Shown here: piece after piece, positions 13,551 through 26,429 of the stretch
Layout: each line of letters starts with the position of its first letter
Position numbering within the stretch: position 1 is the first letter of the stretch
DNA from: Octopus vulgaris
Taxonomy: Eukaryota
Direction of reading: 5' to 3'
Length of the DNA: 64,000 nucleotides
Assembly: GCA_951406725.2 (NCBI GenBank)
Contig: OX597820.1
Location: 44,578,001-44,642,000 of the forward strand
The notes under the pieces: model-generated
Database searches by the model: none
Told to the model about the DNA's origin: nothing
Seen by the model: only the letters and a program-made list of their open reading frames with translations
Translations under genes and position numbers: made by a program

Positions 13551-14819
13551 TATATAGGTAAAAAAATTAAGGAGTGCGTGTACTACATAAATAATATGAC
13601 CTACCTATATATATATATAATTAAAATAACATGTAGTAAATGAACAAACGTACATTTTTTTTTAATTATATATATAGATAGGTCATATTTTTCATGTCTT
13701 TTTATATACATACATACATATACATCACACACACACATAATGTATATCATGAGCATCTTTTACTTTCCACCTACCAAATCCACCGACAAGGCTTTGGCCA
13801 GCCCAAGTCTATAGTAGAAAACATTTACCCAAGGTGTCATCAGGTAGGACTGAACCCAGAACCATGTGGTTTGGAAGCAAGGAAGAATTTTAAAATATAG
13901 TATATTTAATAAATTTGCGTCTGCATCATTACACAAGGGCTAACTCTGCTGAAATCAATAAAGTGTTAGCTTATTGATTTCAAAGTCTTAAGGGACTATT
14001 TCAACAATCACACTTGCACTATTTCCCTACTTAAGTCTCCCTAGTCGAGTTCACATAATTCCAAATTAATAACCCGGAGATGTGCAACATGAGCACTGTA
14101 TAACTGCCATGGGATTTATTAACTCACAGAGCTGAGTTTAAATCCTAGAATGGATACAGCTTGAATAAACATTTCTCTGGAGTTGAACCAACAAAAGAAC
14201 CACCACTGTGTGGTTGATCAACCTGCTAGAAACACCCATTAAATTCCACTCAAATTACACACCAAGTTATCTTGGGAAAGGAGTGAATATACTGGATAAT
14301 TTAGTCCTACATAGACCTAAAATAAAAGAACTGACAAGTGGAATGCCTTTGATCAAAGGTCTGCTCAGTTAAGACTGACTTGGAGGTTAAATAATTTCCC
14401 TCAAGCAAATAGAGTTAATCACTAATGATGTTTACATCTGATAAACTTACAGAATTGTCGGATGCATAAAAGATTTACTTCCTGCCTTTGGCACAGACCA
14501 TTAAATAGAACAGTGGCAGTAGTGGTGGGCTCTGTGCTAGAGAAAGTTTAACACTGTAGCATACCGACTACCAATCACATTGTAGTAAAGTACTGTGTCC
14601 AGTCCTAAGACTCAAAGCTGGTTACTTGGCTTCCATGGCATATAAGTGACCAAGGCCACAAAGCTAAAGCTGAGTTCACTGGAGCAATGTGAAATGAAGT
14701 GTTTTGCTCAAGAGCACAACATAAAACCTCAATCTTACAATCATGAGTGTCACACACTAACCTGTATAAGGTAACATGCTTTCACCAATACTTTAGTAGT
14801 CCAATACTTTATTTAACCT

Positions 14820-15350
14820 TAGAGTTATAGTGTCTCAGTTGTGTCATTTGGGACACTTTGCAGTCATTTAATGCTAAGTATTCTTAAGCATGTGAACTGG
14901 AACCTATCGTTTTATCTTCAGTCTTTGTCACTTTTCACATCCATAGAGTAATACTGATCAGATCAATGTCTGGAACAGTTTCAGCTTTGTTTTGCAGCCT
15001 GCACCTCTGCTTCTCCACACCTTTGCTAAATTGTAGAATGCTCTCCGGGATTTGGATATTTTGTTCTTTGTACTCTCCATTCAATAGGATCAGTGATGAA
15101 ATCAGACATGGATGCTGAAACTAGATCAGACACATCCTCAGACAAGATTAAGAAAGTGATTCTATGATGGCACTAAAGTGACAGCCTGAGAGGAAAAGAG
15201 CAGTAGAGTGCCCTAAAACTAGGATCATTGACAAAGAAAGGAGGCGAGAAGAGTGGAGAAGCTAGAATGAGACAAAAACAGTGGCAGAAAACAGAGCTGG
15301 TTGGAAAGATCATGTTGCAGTCTTATGTGCCTCATGGCACAGAGAGAACT
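14820..15350 (+). mobile_element. Degenerate RTE-like LINE 3' end
   Basis: Remnants resembling WIGHILR / ALKW.PE.KR and a ttatgtgcc...gagagaactaa 3' end. Confidence 0.5.
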
Positions 15351-15537
15351 AACTATGGTGCCTCAGTAGGCAGAGACTTCCAAATTTAAAGTAAAGAGTA
15401 CAGCAAAAATAATTCCATCCATGCTAACATGAGAAGGAAAAATATCAATTTAAAACCAGGAAAAAGAAATTAGGCTAAATATTTGTTTGTATATGGTTTT
15501 TTTGTTTTTTTTAAGAAATGGAGCACAAAATACTTAC

Positions 15538-15775
15538 TTGATGGGATAACAAAGAGGCTCTCATCTGGTGGGCCTTTATTGAAGACTTTGTAGTTTATGG
15601 TGTATTTGTCATAATGAGAACCAAACATTGCATCATAACCCAACATTTCAAAACGAAGTGGATACTGTGAATCATCCGTCACCCACATAGTGTACGTGTT
15701 TGTTTTTGAACCTATTTTCTCAACTTTTTCAAATATTTGTATCCGGAAATCAATGTAAGTGCTTCTACCAATGAA
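15538..15775 (-). CDS. 26/29-kDa proteinase exon 4 (FIGR...KTNTYTMWV...PLRFEMLGYDAMFGSHYDKYTINY)
   Basis: TTTATAG acceptor, GTAAGT donor, 238 nt, phase 0-1. GSHYD motif is characteristic of the 26/29-kDa/CfaD family. Confidence 0.95.
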
Positions 15776-16106
15776 CTATAAAAATAGGAAAAAATATAAT
15801 AAAAAATAAATAATTAATAATGAAATATTGTAAAATTTGTCTTAGAACAATAGTTCTGAGTTATTATGAAGGTGATTTGGTTTATAGCTGCAAGTGTATA
15901 GCAGATTCTTGCCTTATAGCATGAGACATGTATATAGGTGCAAGTGTGGCTGTGTGATAAGAAGTTTACTTCCAAACCATATGGTTCCAGGTTCAGTCCC
16001 ACTGAATGGCACCTTGGGCAAGTGCCTCCTACTATAGCACTGTGCTGATCAAAGAATTGTGAATGAATTTGGTAAACTGAAAGAAACTTGTTGTAAAGAT
16101 ATATAC

Positions 16107-17318
16107 GAGGTGATATCAAAAGGTTCTGGACTAGTTATGCTTAATAAAAAATAACTTATTTACCTAAGTTTTAACATCATCCCCTTCAAAATAGTCATCT
16201 TGCACAGCAATACACTGGTCCCAGTGTTCTTGCCACTTTTGGAACCGGGCCTGGAAGTCATTTTCCATAAGCAAGTCCAAGCCCTCCTGTGATTCACTCT
16301 GGATCTTGACAACGCTGTTAAAACAGCGACCTTTAAGCTGCATTTTCATCCTGGGGGAAGTGATGGAAGTCCACAGGTGCTAAATCTGGTGAATAGCATG
16401 GGTACGGAAGCAATACATTTTGCTTTTTGGCAAGAAACTCACAAGTGAGGTGAGTTCAGTGACAGGATGCATTGTTGTCATGAAGAAACCATTTCTTCAT
16501 GCTCCACAGGTCCAGTAGCTTTTACCAAATGTCCTCCCTCAAACCCCTCAAAACATCGCAGTAGAACTCTCGATTGACAGTCTGGCCCTGGGAGTTGTAT
16601 TCTTTATGCACAATACTGCAGATGTCGGAAACGAAAAAAAAAAAACATTAACATTCTCTTGATTGAGCTGTGGCTCTGTCGTGCCTTCTTCGGTCATAGG
16701 GATGAAGGTCTCTTCCATTGTGAAGACTGCTGCTTTGTTTCAGGGTTGTGCCTGTAGACCAAATTTTCATCACTAGTGATTATCCTCAACATGAAGGATG
16801 GGTCATCAGTGACGGGCTGACACAGATCTTGACAGACTTCAACATAATGGTCTTTCTGCTCAGTGGTCAGCAGGCAGGAGACAAACTTGACAGAGACATG
16901 CCGCATGTTCAATTCAGACATTAGGATTGCCTGCACAGACCAACAACATCAGCAATGTCGTTAATTGTCCTCCAACAATCCTCATGCAAAAGCTGGAGGA
17001 TTTTCTCCACATTTCCGGGGGTGGGGGGTGACACTTGTGGCAGGTCTTCCAAATCATACATTGTCTACCAGGGATGTTCTTCTGCTTTTGAAGTGCACAT
17101 GCCACTTAAAACATTGCATATAACCTAAAATCACAGACTACATCATATACGTGATCACAAGAACACAAGTTTCACAACTTGCAAAGTAAACACATTGATA
17201 TCACTCAGCACACTGCCTCATGAAGGTCACTGCTAGCTTACACTCCACACACAACCAGGTGCTTCCACCTGTTGGTGTGCTACAGAACTAGTTCAGGAAC
17301 TTTTTCGATACTACCACA
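16107..17318 (-). mobile_element. Degenerate near-full-length mariner transposon (pseudogenised transposase)
   Basis: Imperfect TIRs flanked by TA. ORF pieces RIITSDE..YRHNPETKQQSSQW and FQKWQEHWDQCIAVQDDYFEGD. Confidence 0.85.
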
Positions 17319-18022
17319 TACATGTGTGTATAAGAGCCAAAATACTAAAATACAGAAAGTAATTCTTTGAATGCTAAAAACAAAGTTGTTTTTTTTAAAT
17401 CACTATGTGACTATTACTCTATTATTTTATTAGTTAGATAAAAAAAAACAAAGACTGAAGGTTTCAGCATACTACTGACAGGAATTTAGTGAAATATTTT
17501 TTGTTTCCATTTTTTTTTCACCTTGGCCAGGTGGATAAGTCAGCATCCACAACTCTATTTATCAAGACTTCTGACACTCATGGGAGTTAGTTATCCATGA
17601 ACTGGAGACCTGTACCAAATGGGGATCAAACGGGGATATAATGCAGATGGCAGATTAAGTCTACCACCCAAGAACTCAGAACACAAAGAGCTGAAACAGA
17701 CATTTGAAGGTATTTCATCCAATGCTCTACCAATTTGTACAAATCCACAACCCTGAGTTTGTACTTTATTATAGCAAATTTGAAAGAATAAAAACCAAAG
17801 TTGGTTTCATTAGGATTAGAACTGAGCCAGTAGTGCTTTGCTCTGTAACAGGTTCACAAAAGCAAAGTTAAATAACCTGAGGCCCAGTGAACAGCCTCTC
17901 AACACCATGAAAAATAGAATAAGCTTCAGTCATCCATGATCACCTTCAGCTAACAGAAGTGGGGTGAAGTAGAAAGATAACAGAAAAAAATATTACAAAA
18001 CAAACAACAAACTCAAACTTAC

Positions 18023-18195
18023 CTTGTAATCTGAGAGGTCTGGTAAGGCTATTTGTGGGACAATTTTTCCATCACTAGTGCCATCTACTTTAAAACAAGA
18101 TCTCTTATTGAAATCATTGTAAGTGGTCACATATGCCAAAGTGTATGCCTCTCCATAATCACCTTTTCCTCCAAGCATAAGCATAGACACAATCC
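18023..18195 (-). CDS. 26/29-kDa proteinase exon 3 (IVSMLMLGG...SCFKVDG...PQIALPDLSDYK)
   Basis: CCAG acceptor, GTAAGT donor, 173 nt, phase 1-0. Confidence 0.92.
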
Positions 18196-18469
18196 CTGGA
18201 ATTGAGTTAGAATTATAATCAGCATGGTAATTGGTTCTTAATTTTTAGTTTAGGGCATGAATCCATCATTTCTGACGATAACATAAAATGATGAGTTGAT
18301 TGAATAACTGACTCAACTGTATGATTGGTACAAACTAGTATGATAGGAGATTAAAATTACTTTCCAATTTAACTGTATGTATGTGTGTGTGTGTGTGTGT
18401 CCTGGGTAGGACTAACTTTTTAGCATTTAAACCTGCCATATCCAGTCAAAACATTCTACTTTATTTTAA

Positions 18470-18654
18470 CCCTTTAGCATTCATTTCAGCCCAAATTTGT
18501 TTTTTCATTTAAATTGGCCAGGTCCAGCCTCTTAGTCCTAAAGTAAACAATCATACCACTGAAATCTCAAAACTATGAGATAATTCACAATGAAATCAAA
18601 GCAATGTGAATAAATAAGCCTTACATTTGACAGAATAATCTGAATGCTTAAGGG
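18470..18654. mobile_element. piggyBac-like MITE
   Basis: TTAA|CCCTTTAGCATTC ... GAATGCTTAAGGG|TTAA. Confidence 0.7.
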
Positions 18655-19987
18655 TTAAACTGCATCCAGTAATGAGCTTCTAGTACAAGATTTCCAGGCT
18701 TTTGAGGATCTTGGAGCTACCACTTATTCATTATTGTTCCCAGATCTACTCTGACAGGAGTAGTAGCCTAGCTGTTAGGGTTAACAAACATGTGAGCCAC
18801 TGAGAGTAAAAGACCTCTAGTTCATCATTATCGTCATCATCATCGTTTAACGTCCACTTTCCATGCTAGCATGAGTTGGACGATTTTGACTGAGGGCTGG
18901 CACCAGGCTCCAATCTTGATCTGGCAGAGTTTCTTCAGCTGGATGCCCTTCCTATCGCCAACCACTCCGAGAGTGTAGTGGGTGCTTTTTACGTGCCACC
19001 GGCATGGGGGCCAGTCAGGCGGTACTGGCAATGACCTCACTCAAATCTTTTTACACATGCCACCGGCACAGGTGCCAGTAAGGTGACACTGGTAACGATA
19101 ACGATCAAATTGTGCCCTTTTACATGCCACCGGCTCGGAAGCCAGTTAGCCGCTCTAGCAACGATCATGCTTGGATGGTGCTCTTGGCACCCTACTAGCA
19201 CGGGCACAAGTGCCAGTAAGGCGGTTTGAAATTCTTTCTTGGAGAAAATAAACTCTTATAAAAACAAAAACCCTGAAGTTCAGTTGATTTCTGAGTGTCT
19301 CAACCACTGTTGTGCCATTACTATTATAACTGATTGCACTAAAAAGTGGGTTCAATGCTGTGCAACACTTTAGCCATGCAAAACAAAATCATGTGTAGGA
19401 ACTTCTTGAACTCACAGAACATTTGCACAGGTTCACTGAGTTTAGGAAGTGGGCTTAGTCAGCCATAAGTTGACTTCCAACATCACCAGCACCACGTATG
19501 TACATATCATCATCATCATCACCGTTTTGCATCTGCTCACCATGCTGGCATGGGTTGGATGGGTTTCCACAATCAAAGTCAGCTGTTATTCAGAATAACT
19601 GTCCCCTGAGACAGGTTGGGGTACCACATCTGGCTTGAAATGTTATGAAATTGACATTTTCTACAGCTGGATGCCTTTTCTGTCACCAACCAACCAACTT
19701 ACAGAACATACAGGGTGTTGTCATGTCCCCAACAGTACATGACTAAATCATTTGCCAACCACTTTATAGACTGCATTTTATCATGGTACCTGTACTAGTG
19801 CAATTATCTTATACACAACAAAACAAACGGGATCTTCATAGCTCTACACTATCTCTATATACTGTAATATAACTAAAGAGAGAGCAATTGCAAAGGACGA
19901 ACTCGAATGAAAGCAAAATTATGAAGGAGAAAAAACAGGTGAGAAAAAGCAGTTGCAAATATGATGATGATGATGGTGTATGTATAT

Positions 19988-20194
19988 TCTTTTTACTCTC
20001 TTCTACTTGTTTCAGCCATTTGACCGTGGCCATGTTAGAGCACCACCTTTGGTCGAGCAAATCAACCCCAGGACTTATTCTTTGTAAGCCTAGTACTTAC
20101 TTTTGCCAAACCGCTAAGTTACGGGGACGTAAACACACCAGCATTGGTTGTCAAGCAATGTTGGGGGTACAGAGACACACAAACTTATACACAC

Positions 20195-20236
<42 letters not shown>

Positions 20237-20395
20237 GATGGGCTTCTTTCAGTTTCCGTCTACCAAATCCACTCACAAAGCTTCGGTTGGCCTAAGGCTA
20301 TAGTAGAAGACACTTGCCCAAGGTGCCACGCAGTGGGACTGAACCTGGAACTATGTGGTTCGTGAGCAAGCTACTTATTACACAGCCACTCCTAT
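19988..20395 (-). mobile_element. CORE-like tRNA SINE with internal microsatellite; representative of more than 10 copies (e.g. 13750, 15940, 33540, 35948, 38690, 57275, 58225, 62035, 63710)
   Basis: GGTTCAGTCCCACTGCGTGGCACCTTGGGCAAGTGTCTT head/core recurs throughout the window. Confidence 0.75.
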
Positions 20396-20862
20396 GTATA
20401 TCTATATAGGTGCAGGTATGGCTGTGTGGTTAAAAACTTCACTCCCTAATCATGTGCTTTCATGTTTACTCCCACTACATGGCACCTTGAGCAAGTATAT
20501 TTTACTAGAACCCTAGATGGACCTTGAGCAAATATATTTTACTAGAAGCCCTTGTGAAACTAAAAGAATCCCACTTGTGTGTGTGTGCATGTTCACATGT
20601 TAATGCATGTGCCATATGTGTTTTTCTTCACATTTGTAGGCCTCCGAAAATTGCTGGGCAACAAGCGGCAATGTTGCCGTCATTTCCTCTATCAATAAAT
20701 TGTCTACTGGCTTCAAAGATGTGTAGGATAAGAAATGCTCTATTTGAAAAGCAGGAAGAACAGCCAGTTGTAAAACAATGCTTCAACAGTATATTCATCT
20801 AACCTATGCTAACATGGGAAAACAGACATAAAAACAAATAAACAATCTACTGAAGAACTTAC

Positions 20863-21033
20863 CATGATAATAGTTTATTCTGCTGCGATTGTTTATTAAA
20901 TCAACATATGCAATAATTGGTTCATTAAGTTCAGCATAGGGTAAAGACAATGTTCCCATCAAACCATACTGCTTGCCAAAGTCTGGTATTGGTGGTGTTT
21001 GCTGTGGTTTTGCTGTCACAATAGACAGCAGTA
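20863..21033 (-). CDS. 26/29-kDa proteinase exon 2 (VLLSIVTAKPQQ...GTLSLPYAELNEP...NRSRINYYHG)
   Basis: TTTCAG acceptor, GTAAG donor, 171 nt, phase 1-1. LPYAELNEP and SRINYY motifs are typical of the 26-kDa N-terminal extension. Confidence 0.92.
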
Positions 21034-21180
21034 CTGAAAGTAGATAAAAAAATATATGTATAAGCCTTAACAATATAGATAGAAAACATACAATGATGAT
21101 ACAGTTCTATATTTAAGAGATGAAGAATTATGTACATTATTTACATTCGATGGATATTTGTCCTCATCTTGTTTGTTGTT

Positions 21181-21226
21181 AACACAACATTTCGGCTGAT
21201 ATACCTTCCAGCCTTCTTCAGGTGTC
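21181..21226 (-). ncRNA. Minimal type I hammerhead motif in a Penelope-like fragment (~21085-21295)
   Basis: GACAC-CUGAAGA-A-GGCUG[10 nt]CAGCC-GAAA-UG-UU-GUGUU. Confidence 0.65.
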
Positions 21227-21377
21227 TTAGGGGAATTTTGAACCTGGGTTCTCATTCCTAAGGTATTCTTCGGTGTTATTATTATTATTATTATTCAGGT
21301 CACTGTTTGGAATCAAACTCGGAATCTTGGGGTTAGTAGCCCACGCTCTTAACCACTATGCCATATAATAATCTCCT

Positions 21378-21615
21378 CTATGCTGGTTGTCTTCTGGGCA
21401 TCCTTTTAGCCCTGATCCTGAAGTCGCTAACTACCAGTCTATGTTCTTGGGTACATTCTTCGCCCGGGAAGGTTTTGGCATTCATAAGCAGCCAGCTTTC
21501 TCTTTTTCTGGTGAGGATGTAGTCAATTTGGCTAATGTGTCTACCAGAACAGTAGGTGACTAGGTGACTGGCAGGTTTCCTGAAGTTAGTATTGCAAACC
21601 ATAAGATCATTTACA
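21378..21615 (-). mobile_element. RTE endonuclease fragment
   Basis: NTNFRK..SHLVTY.SG...SQIDYIL...EHRLVVSDF. Confidence 0.8.
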
Positions 21616-22729
21616 TTGCAATATATTTGTTGAACTAATAATTCAAAGGCTTCAAGTTCAAATCCACTGCAAGCATTGCTGTATATTTGTGTGCAGTACA
21701 CTTGATACAATATGACTCAATTGATCAAGCTACAAGAAACAGTTATTGGAGTTTTTAACTGGCATCCTATTCAGGAAAGGTTAATAGTCACACTCAAAGA
21801 CCAGGAGCAGAGAGTTAACAGTCTGACGCCTGCAGACCCATTTAGAGTAAACACTTGTAGTAAAAAATAAAAGGGATAAAAAAAAGCTTGATGTCTGTAG
21901 ATCCAGTCATAGTTAATATCCAAGAGTACAACAGCTTGATACCTACAAAGACACAAACAGTTAATAGCTAAGGGTACAGTATGATGACTCTAGTACTTAA
22001 TGCGTTTTGTGACCTTAAGCAAGGAACATAATCTCTTTTTGTTCTGGTATATAAACTTCCACTCCCTATTTAGAATTTAATAGTAAGACAGGGTAACTAG
22101 CTATAGAAACATTTCACACTAAAACAAAAGCCAACCTACACAAGTGTGAAAAAAATTATGTTAAAAAAAACTATAAATAATGCGTTTCTTTTATAATTTA
22201 GCAAGATAGGCAGCATCCAAAATGGATGAGATTGATACAGCCAGAGAATAACATAAACATCTGCAAGTAATTGTCAGTAGAAAAAAAATAACGTGATTAA
22301 GTTTTGTCTAAATACTTGCAAGAAAGTGATCTCTTATAAAAGTACCCATTGACAAGATGGTGTCAAGAATTATCTCATACTATTCCCGTTAAATTTAGCT
22401 ACTTTTACAATCTCACAGGTCAATATTTTTTATTTTACTTTTTATCTTTCTTTCTTAATGCCAGGTTAACGTAATTCTATATTCCTGATTATTCTAACAC
22501 TGACGTATCATGAGATGGAGGAGTTCTCTCCCTTATTTAAGACAGCGTTTGAGACGTTGCGTCTTTAGTGTGCAGATCTCTTGATTGTTAGATATTAAAA
22601 CAGCGACTCCTATAACTGAATATGTAGACAATTAATGAATAAATTAATGTATTACAAAGTAAATTCTGCTTCTTAAGGCTGAGAAAGAGACACAATATAG
22701 AAATATTGTGCATAAAACTAACAACAGCT

Positions 22730-23499
22730 GCATCTTTTCCTTTTGAACGGCAGACAATTTCTAGTTAACTAAACACTTTAAAACTTCGTATACAGGTAGA
22801 ATGTGTCAAATTAAAACATTTTTTTCTCTTGGCTTTCTTGAGAAAATTGTAATTTGTTTGTTTAACGTAGTTTAATTTTTCGAATTTTAACCAATCCTAT
22901 GCTCTCTTTTGAGCTAAAATCATTTGCTACGTCTAAAACTGAGACAACATCCTGTCACTACCCCTCAACCTAACCCTAACCCTAATTTTTTTTCTTAATT
23001 GTTAAATTAATTTAATTGTTACGCGTGTAAAAAAAACCCGAAAGCAATGGAAAACGATTTAAACAATTAACAAACAAAATAATTCTATAATTTTGTACAC
23101 ACGCTTTCCATACGTATAAGGAAAGCGTGTGTATAAAATTTTAGAATTATTTTGTTTGTTAATAGTTTAAATCCTTTTCCATTGCTTTCGGGTTTTTTTA
23201 CAGGTGTAACAATTAAATTAATTTAACAATTAAGAAAAAAAAAAATTAGGGTTAGTTACAGGATGTCGTCTCAGTTTTAGACGCAGCAAATGATTTTAGT
23301 TGAATGTTGGTAATCGATTGGTTAAAATTGCCGAAATGCTCGGATTTTCAGACGAAATATCTTACAAACTATAGAATTTTCTCAATAAAGCCAAGAAAAA
23401 ATGATGTTTTATAAACACATTCTACAAATATACGAAGTTTAAAAGTGTTTAGTTAACTAGAAATTGTGTTGACATCTGCCGTTCAAAAGGAAAAGATCC
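22730..23499. mobile_element. Foldback MITE related to the Merlin-like family
   Basis: Termini GCATCTTTTCCTTTTGAACGGCAG / CTGCCGTTCAAAAGGAAAAGATCC. Near-perfect internal palindrome 22981-23250 centred near 23115. No TSD. Confidence 0.8.
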
Positions 23500-24385
23500 G
23501 AGGGGAGGTACGACGACGATCTCAGGACGAACCTGGGCGTCGACGAGGAATACCTGACCCGCCTGTTCAAGACGACTTTCAGTCCGGGACCTATGGACAA
23601 CTTCCAGAGATCCCTGGCCTGGCAGTGCTATCGAGAAGCGCTACCCGTTCGGGATAAGCTCTACAGGCATGGCTCGAGAAACACGGGGCCGACCTATCTG
23701 AGATGCGGTCAGAGCGACAAAACCGTCCTGCATGCACTCGTACAATGTCCAACCATTTCCGACCTGTGGGCCTATGTCGAACGACAGCTATCGCGTGTGG
23801 GACGAGTCGGTTTATCAACCGAGTCTATTGTGAATATTGTCACGCCTCCGTCCTTGAAACGAGAAGGAAGAGCCATTTTCATAGTACTTGTAGCTATGGC
23901 AAAAGAATGTGTATGGTGGACGCGTCTGAAAGGTCTGGTCAATCTCTCATCAACTACAAGGATCACTTGAAGAGGAAGGTGAGAGTAGAGAGGGAAGTTT
24001 TGTCTAGTGAATGTTTCAAAAAAAAGATGGGTGAATGTGGCAAGGATGGCACATGTGAATGATGGAGCCAGTTTGAGCATAATCCTATGAACCAAAAGAA
24101 AAAAAGAGACCCACTTACTGTAATGTGTTTTCTTTTTGCATGATACTATTGCCCAAGGTTCCCATGGTCTTTTCTATCCACGAACAAACCTAATCTGTTT
24201 TCCCTTTTTACATTGACATTTCTGTGATACACGATCCCTATTGATCGGCCCCACTTTTTTTTTCACAATCCCTTTTGAACGGAATTCCCACCACCACCTT
24301 TTCCCTTCTCTTCTTCCCAAAAAGAAAAGCTCTACTTTGTATTTTGTCCCTTCTGTGTTTAGCCCTGCGTGGCCAATAAAGAAAT
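23500..24385 (+). mobile_element. L1/Tx1-clade LINE 3' fragment (C-terminal zinc-binding region + 3'UTR)
   Basis: AWQCYREALPVRDKL...RCGQSDKTVLHALVQCP...LW (zf-RVT-like), frameshifted; AATAAA near 24375. Confidence 0.8.
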
Positions 24386-25772
24386 CTCTCCCTCTATCTA
24401 TCTATACTTTCATTGGCTAATGTTTACTTTAACACCCAGCCACCAAAGCAAAACAAAAAACAAGTGTAATAGGTGTAAAAAAAATGTCTATAAAACAAAT
24501 ATGATGAACTCCGCCGTCTGGAGTCCATAAGGTCGTTCATATTCTCAGATAGTAGAGTGACACAAATTAGGTCTACGAACAATTCAGTCTATCCTAACAA
24601 CCTCCGTCTGGAGTTCATAAGTTTGATCATATTATCAGACAAAATACACAGTGACACAAATCAGGTTTGTGAACAATATGGTCTAATTTCGCCATCACAG
24701 TGACATGAGTAATGTAGATAAGTAGAGCACGCTGTTAAAGCATGAGCACAGTACCATGAAGAGTTAACGAGAAGATAGAGTAGTTATTACATTGCCTTGC
24801 TTCAATTACCGTAAAACTATTGACAAGTAAAACGAGTACATATAGAACAATATATAAATGCACAAGAAGCATGAAGTCTATCCATACAGAAATAATATAA
24901 GATTTTAAATTTTAGCACCAGGCCAGCAATTATAGGGGAGGGGTTTGGGCGATTGCATAGACCCTGGTATTCAACCGATACTTATTGTATTGACTCCGAA
25001 ATGATGAAAGGTAAAGTCAACTTTATCAGAATTTGAACTCAGAACATAGAATCAGAGTTGATCTGGAATTAAACAACTATATTGCGCTTTCAGAATACTC
25101 AGCTTTGAGGAATTACATTTGTAGAACAGTATTAATAATTATTAACAGACACAAAGAGATATTATTGATTACATTGACCACAGTATTTCAATGGTATCTA
25201 TTTTATCAGTCCTGAAAGAATGAAGGACTAAGTTGACTCTTGAAGGATTTGAACTCAGAACTTTTTCCAATACATAATGTACCACAACCACATACTCTAA
25301 AGCCTCATTCCGTGATTTAAGGTCACATTGGGTAATGTCATCCTATATTTACTGGTTTAATTCTAATTCATACCCTGATGTTCTTTTGTTTTTATCTTTT
25401 AGTTGCTTGATGAGAAAAGAACAGATATGACCTTTTTCTTTCCTTCATGGAGGGTGTGAGAAAGGGAGAAAGTTATCAGAATTGAAGATCTGACCTAAAT
25501 ACCAGCAGAGTGAACTCTACTAAAGGCACCCATGGACCAAGAGTTGATAGTGTTCAACTGGGCTACATTTTAAGCCCACCAGCCACAAAGTAGCAGCACA
25601 TCAACTGCCCTTGTGACAAATGAAGAAACCCAGTATTATCATTATGTCTGATCCTAAGAAATCCTTATGCTGCAAATGATTGTTGATCACTACACTGAGG
25701 TATTTACACTAGTTGTATTTACCTTCCAAGCAGTTTCAAACTGAATCAAAAACATTCCAATCATCATCTAGC

Positions 25773-25826
25773 AACTCGTTGGTCTAAGGGTATGAGAGGT
25801 CCCGGGTTCGAATCTTGAACAAGCCC
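25773..25826 (+). pseudogene. tRNA-Pro pseudogene lacking the anticodon arm
   Basis: CTCGTTGGTCTAAGGGTATG + AGAGGTCCCGGGTTCGAATCTTGAACAAGCCC match the 5' and 3' halves of metazoan tRNA-Pro, with the ~18-nt anticodon arm missing. Confidence 0.75.
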
Positions 25827-26214
25827 AAGTGTTTTAGGTGCAGGTTTGGCCATGTAGTAAGAAGTTTGCATCCCAACTGGTGTTGGTATGTTTACATCCA
25901 CCATAACATAGCAGTTCAGCAAAAGAACCTAATAGAATAAGTACCAGGCTTAAAAAAAAAAATGGTACTGGTGTCAATTCATTCAACTAAAATTCAAGCT
26001 GATGCCCCAGCTTGGTCATAGTGTCTAATAAGTAAAAGTCATAGTATCTAACTAGTAAAAGAGAGAGAGAGATCAATCATTCAACATTAGTTGTAGAGTA
26101 CAACACCACTTTTGTTTCAATTTTTAAAATATTGAAGAATTTAGGAGAATAACTGTCATTAAGCTGGATTTTGAAACATAAATTAACATAAGTTTAATGA
26201 AAGATTTAATTTAA

Positions 26215-26429
26215 CCCTTTAGTATTCAGATTACTCTGTCAAATTTAATGCTCATTTATTTACATTGTCTTAATCATTGAATTAATTATACATTATCTCA
26301 TAGCTTAGAGATTTCAATGATGTGACTGTTTATTTTTACTGTGACATTATAGAGTTGGTGTGAAATGTTGGATCTGGCCAGTTTGTACATAAAACAGGCA
26401 GAACATTTAGGCCAGATATAGCTAAAGGG
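26215..26429. mobile_element. piggyBac-like MITE, opposite orientation to the 18470 copy
   Basis: TTAA|CCCTTTAG ... CTAAAGGG|TTAA; interior matches the reverse complement of 18550-18654. Confidence 0.7.
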
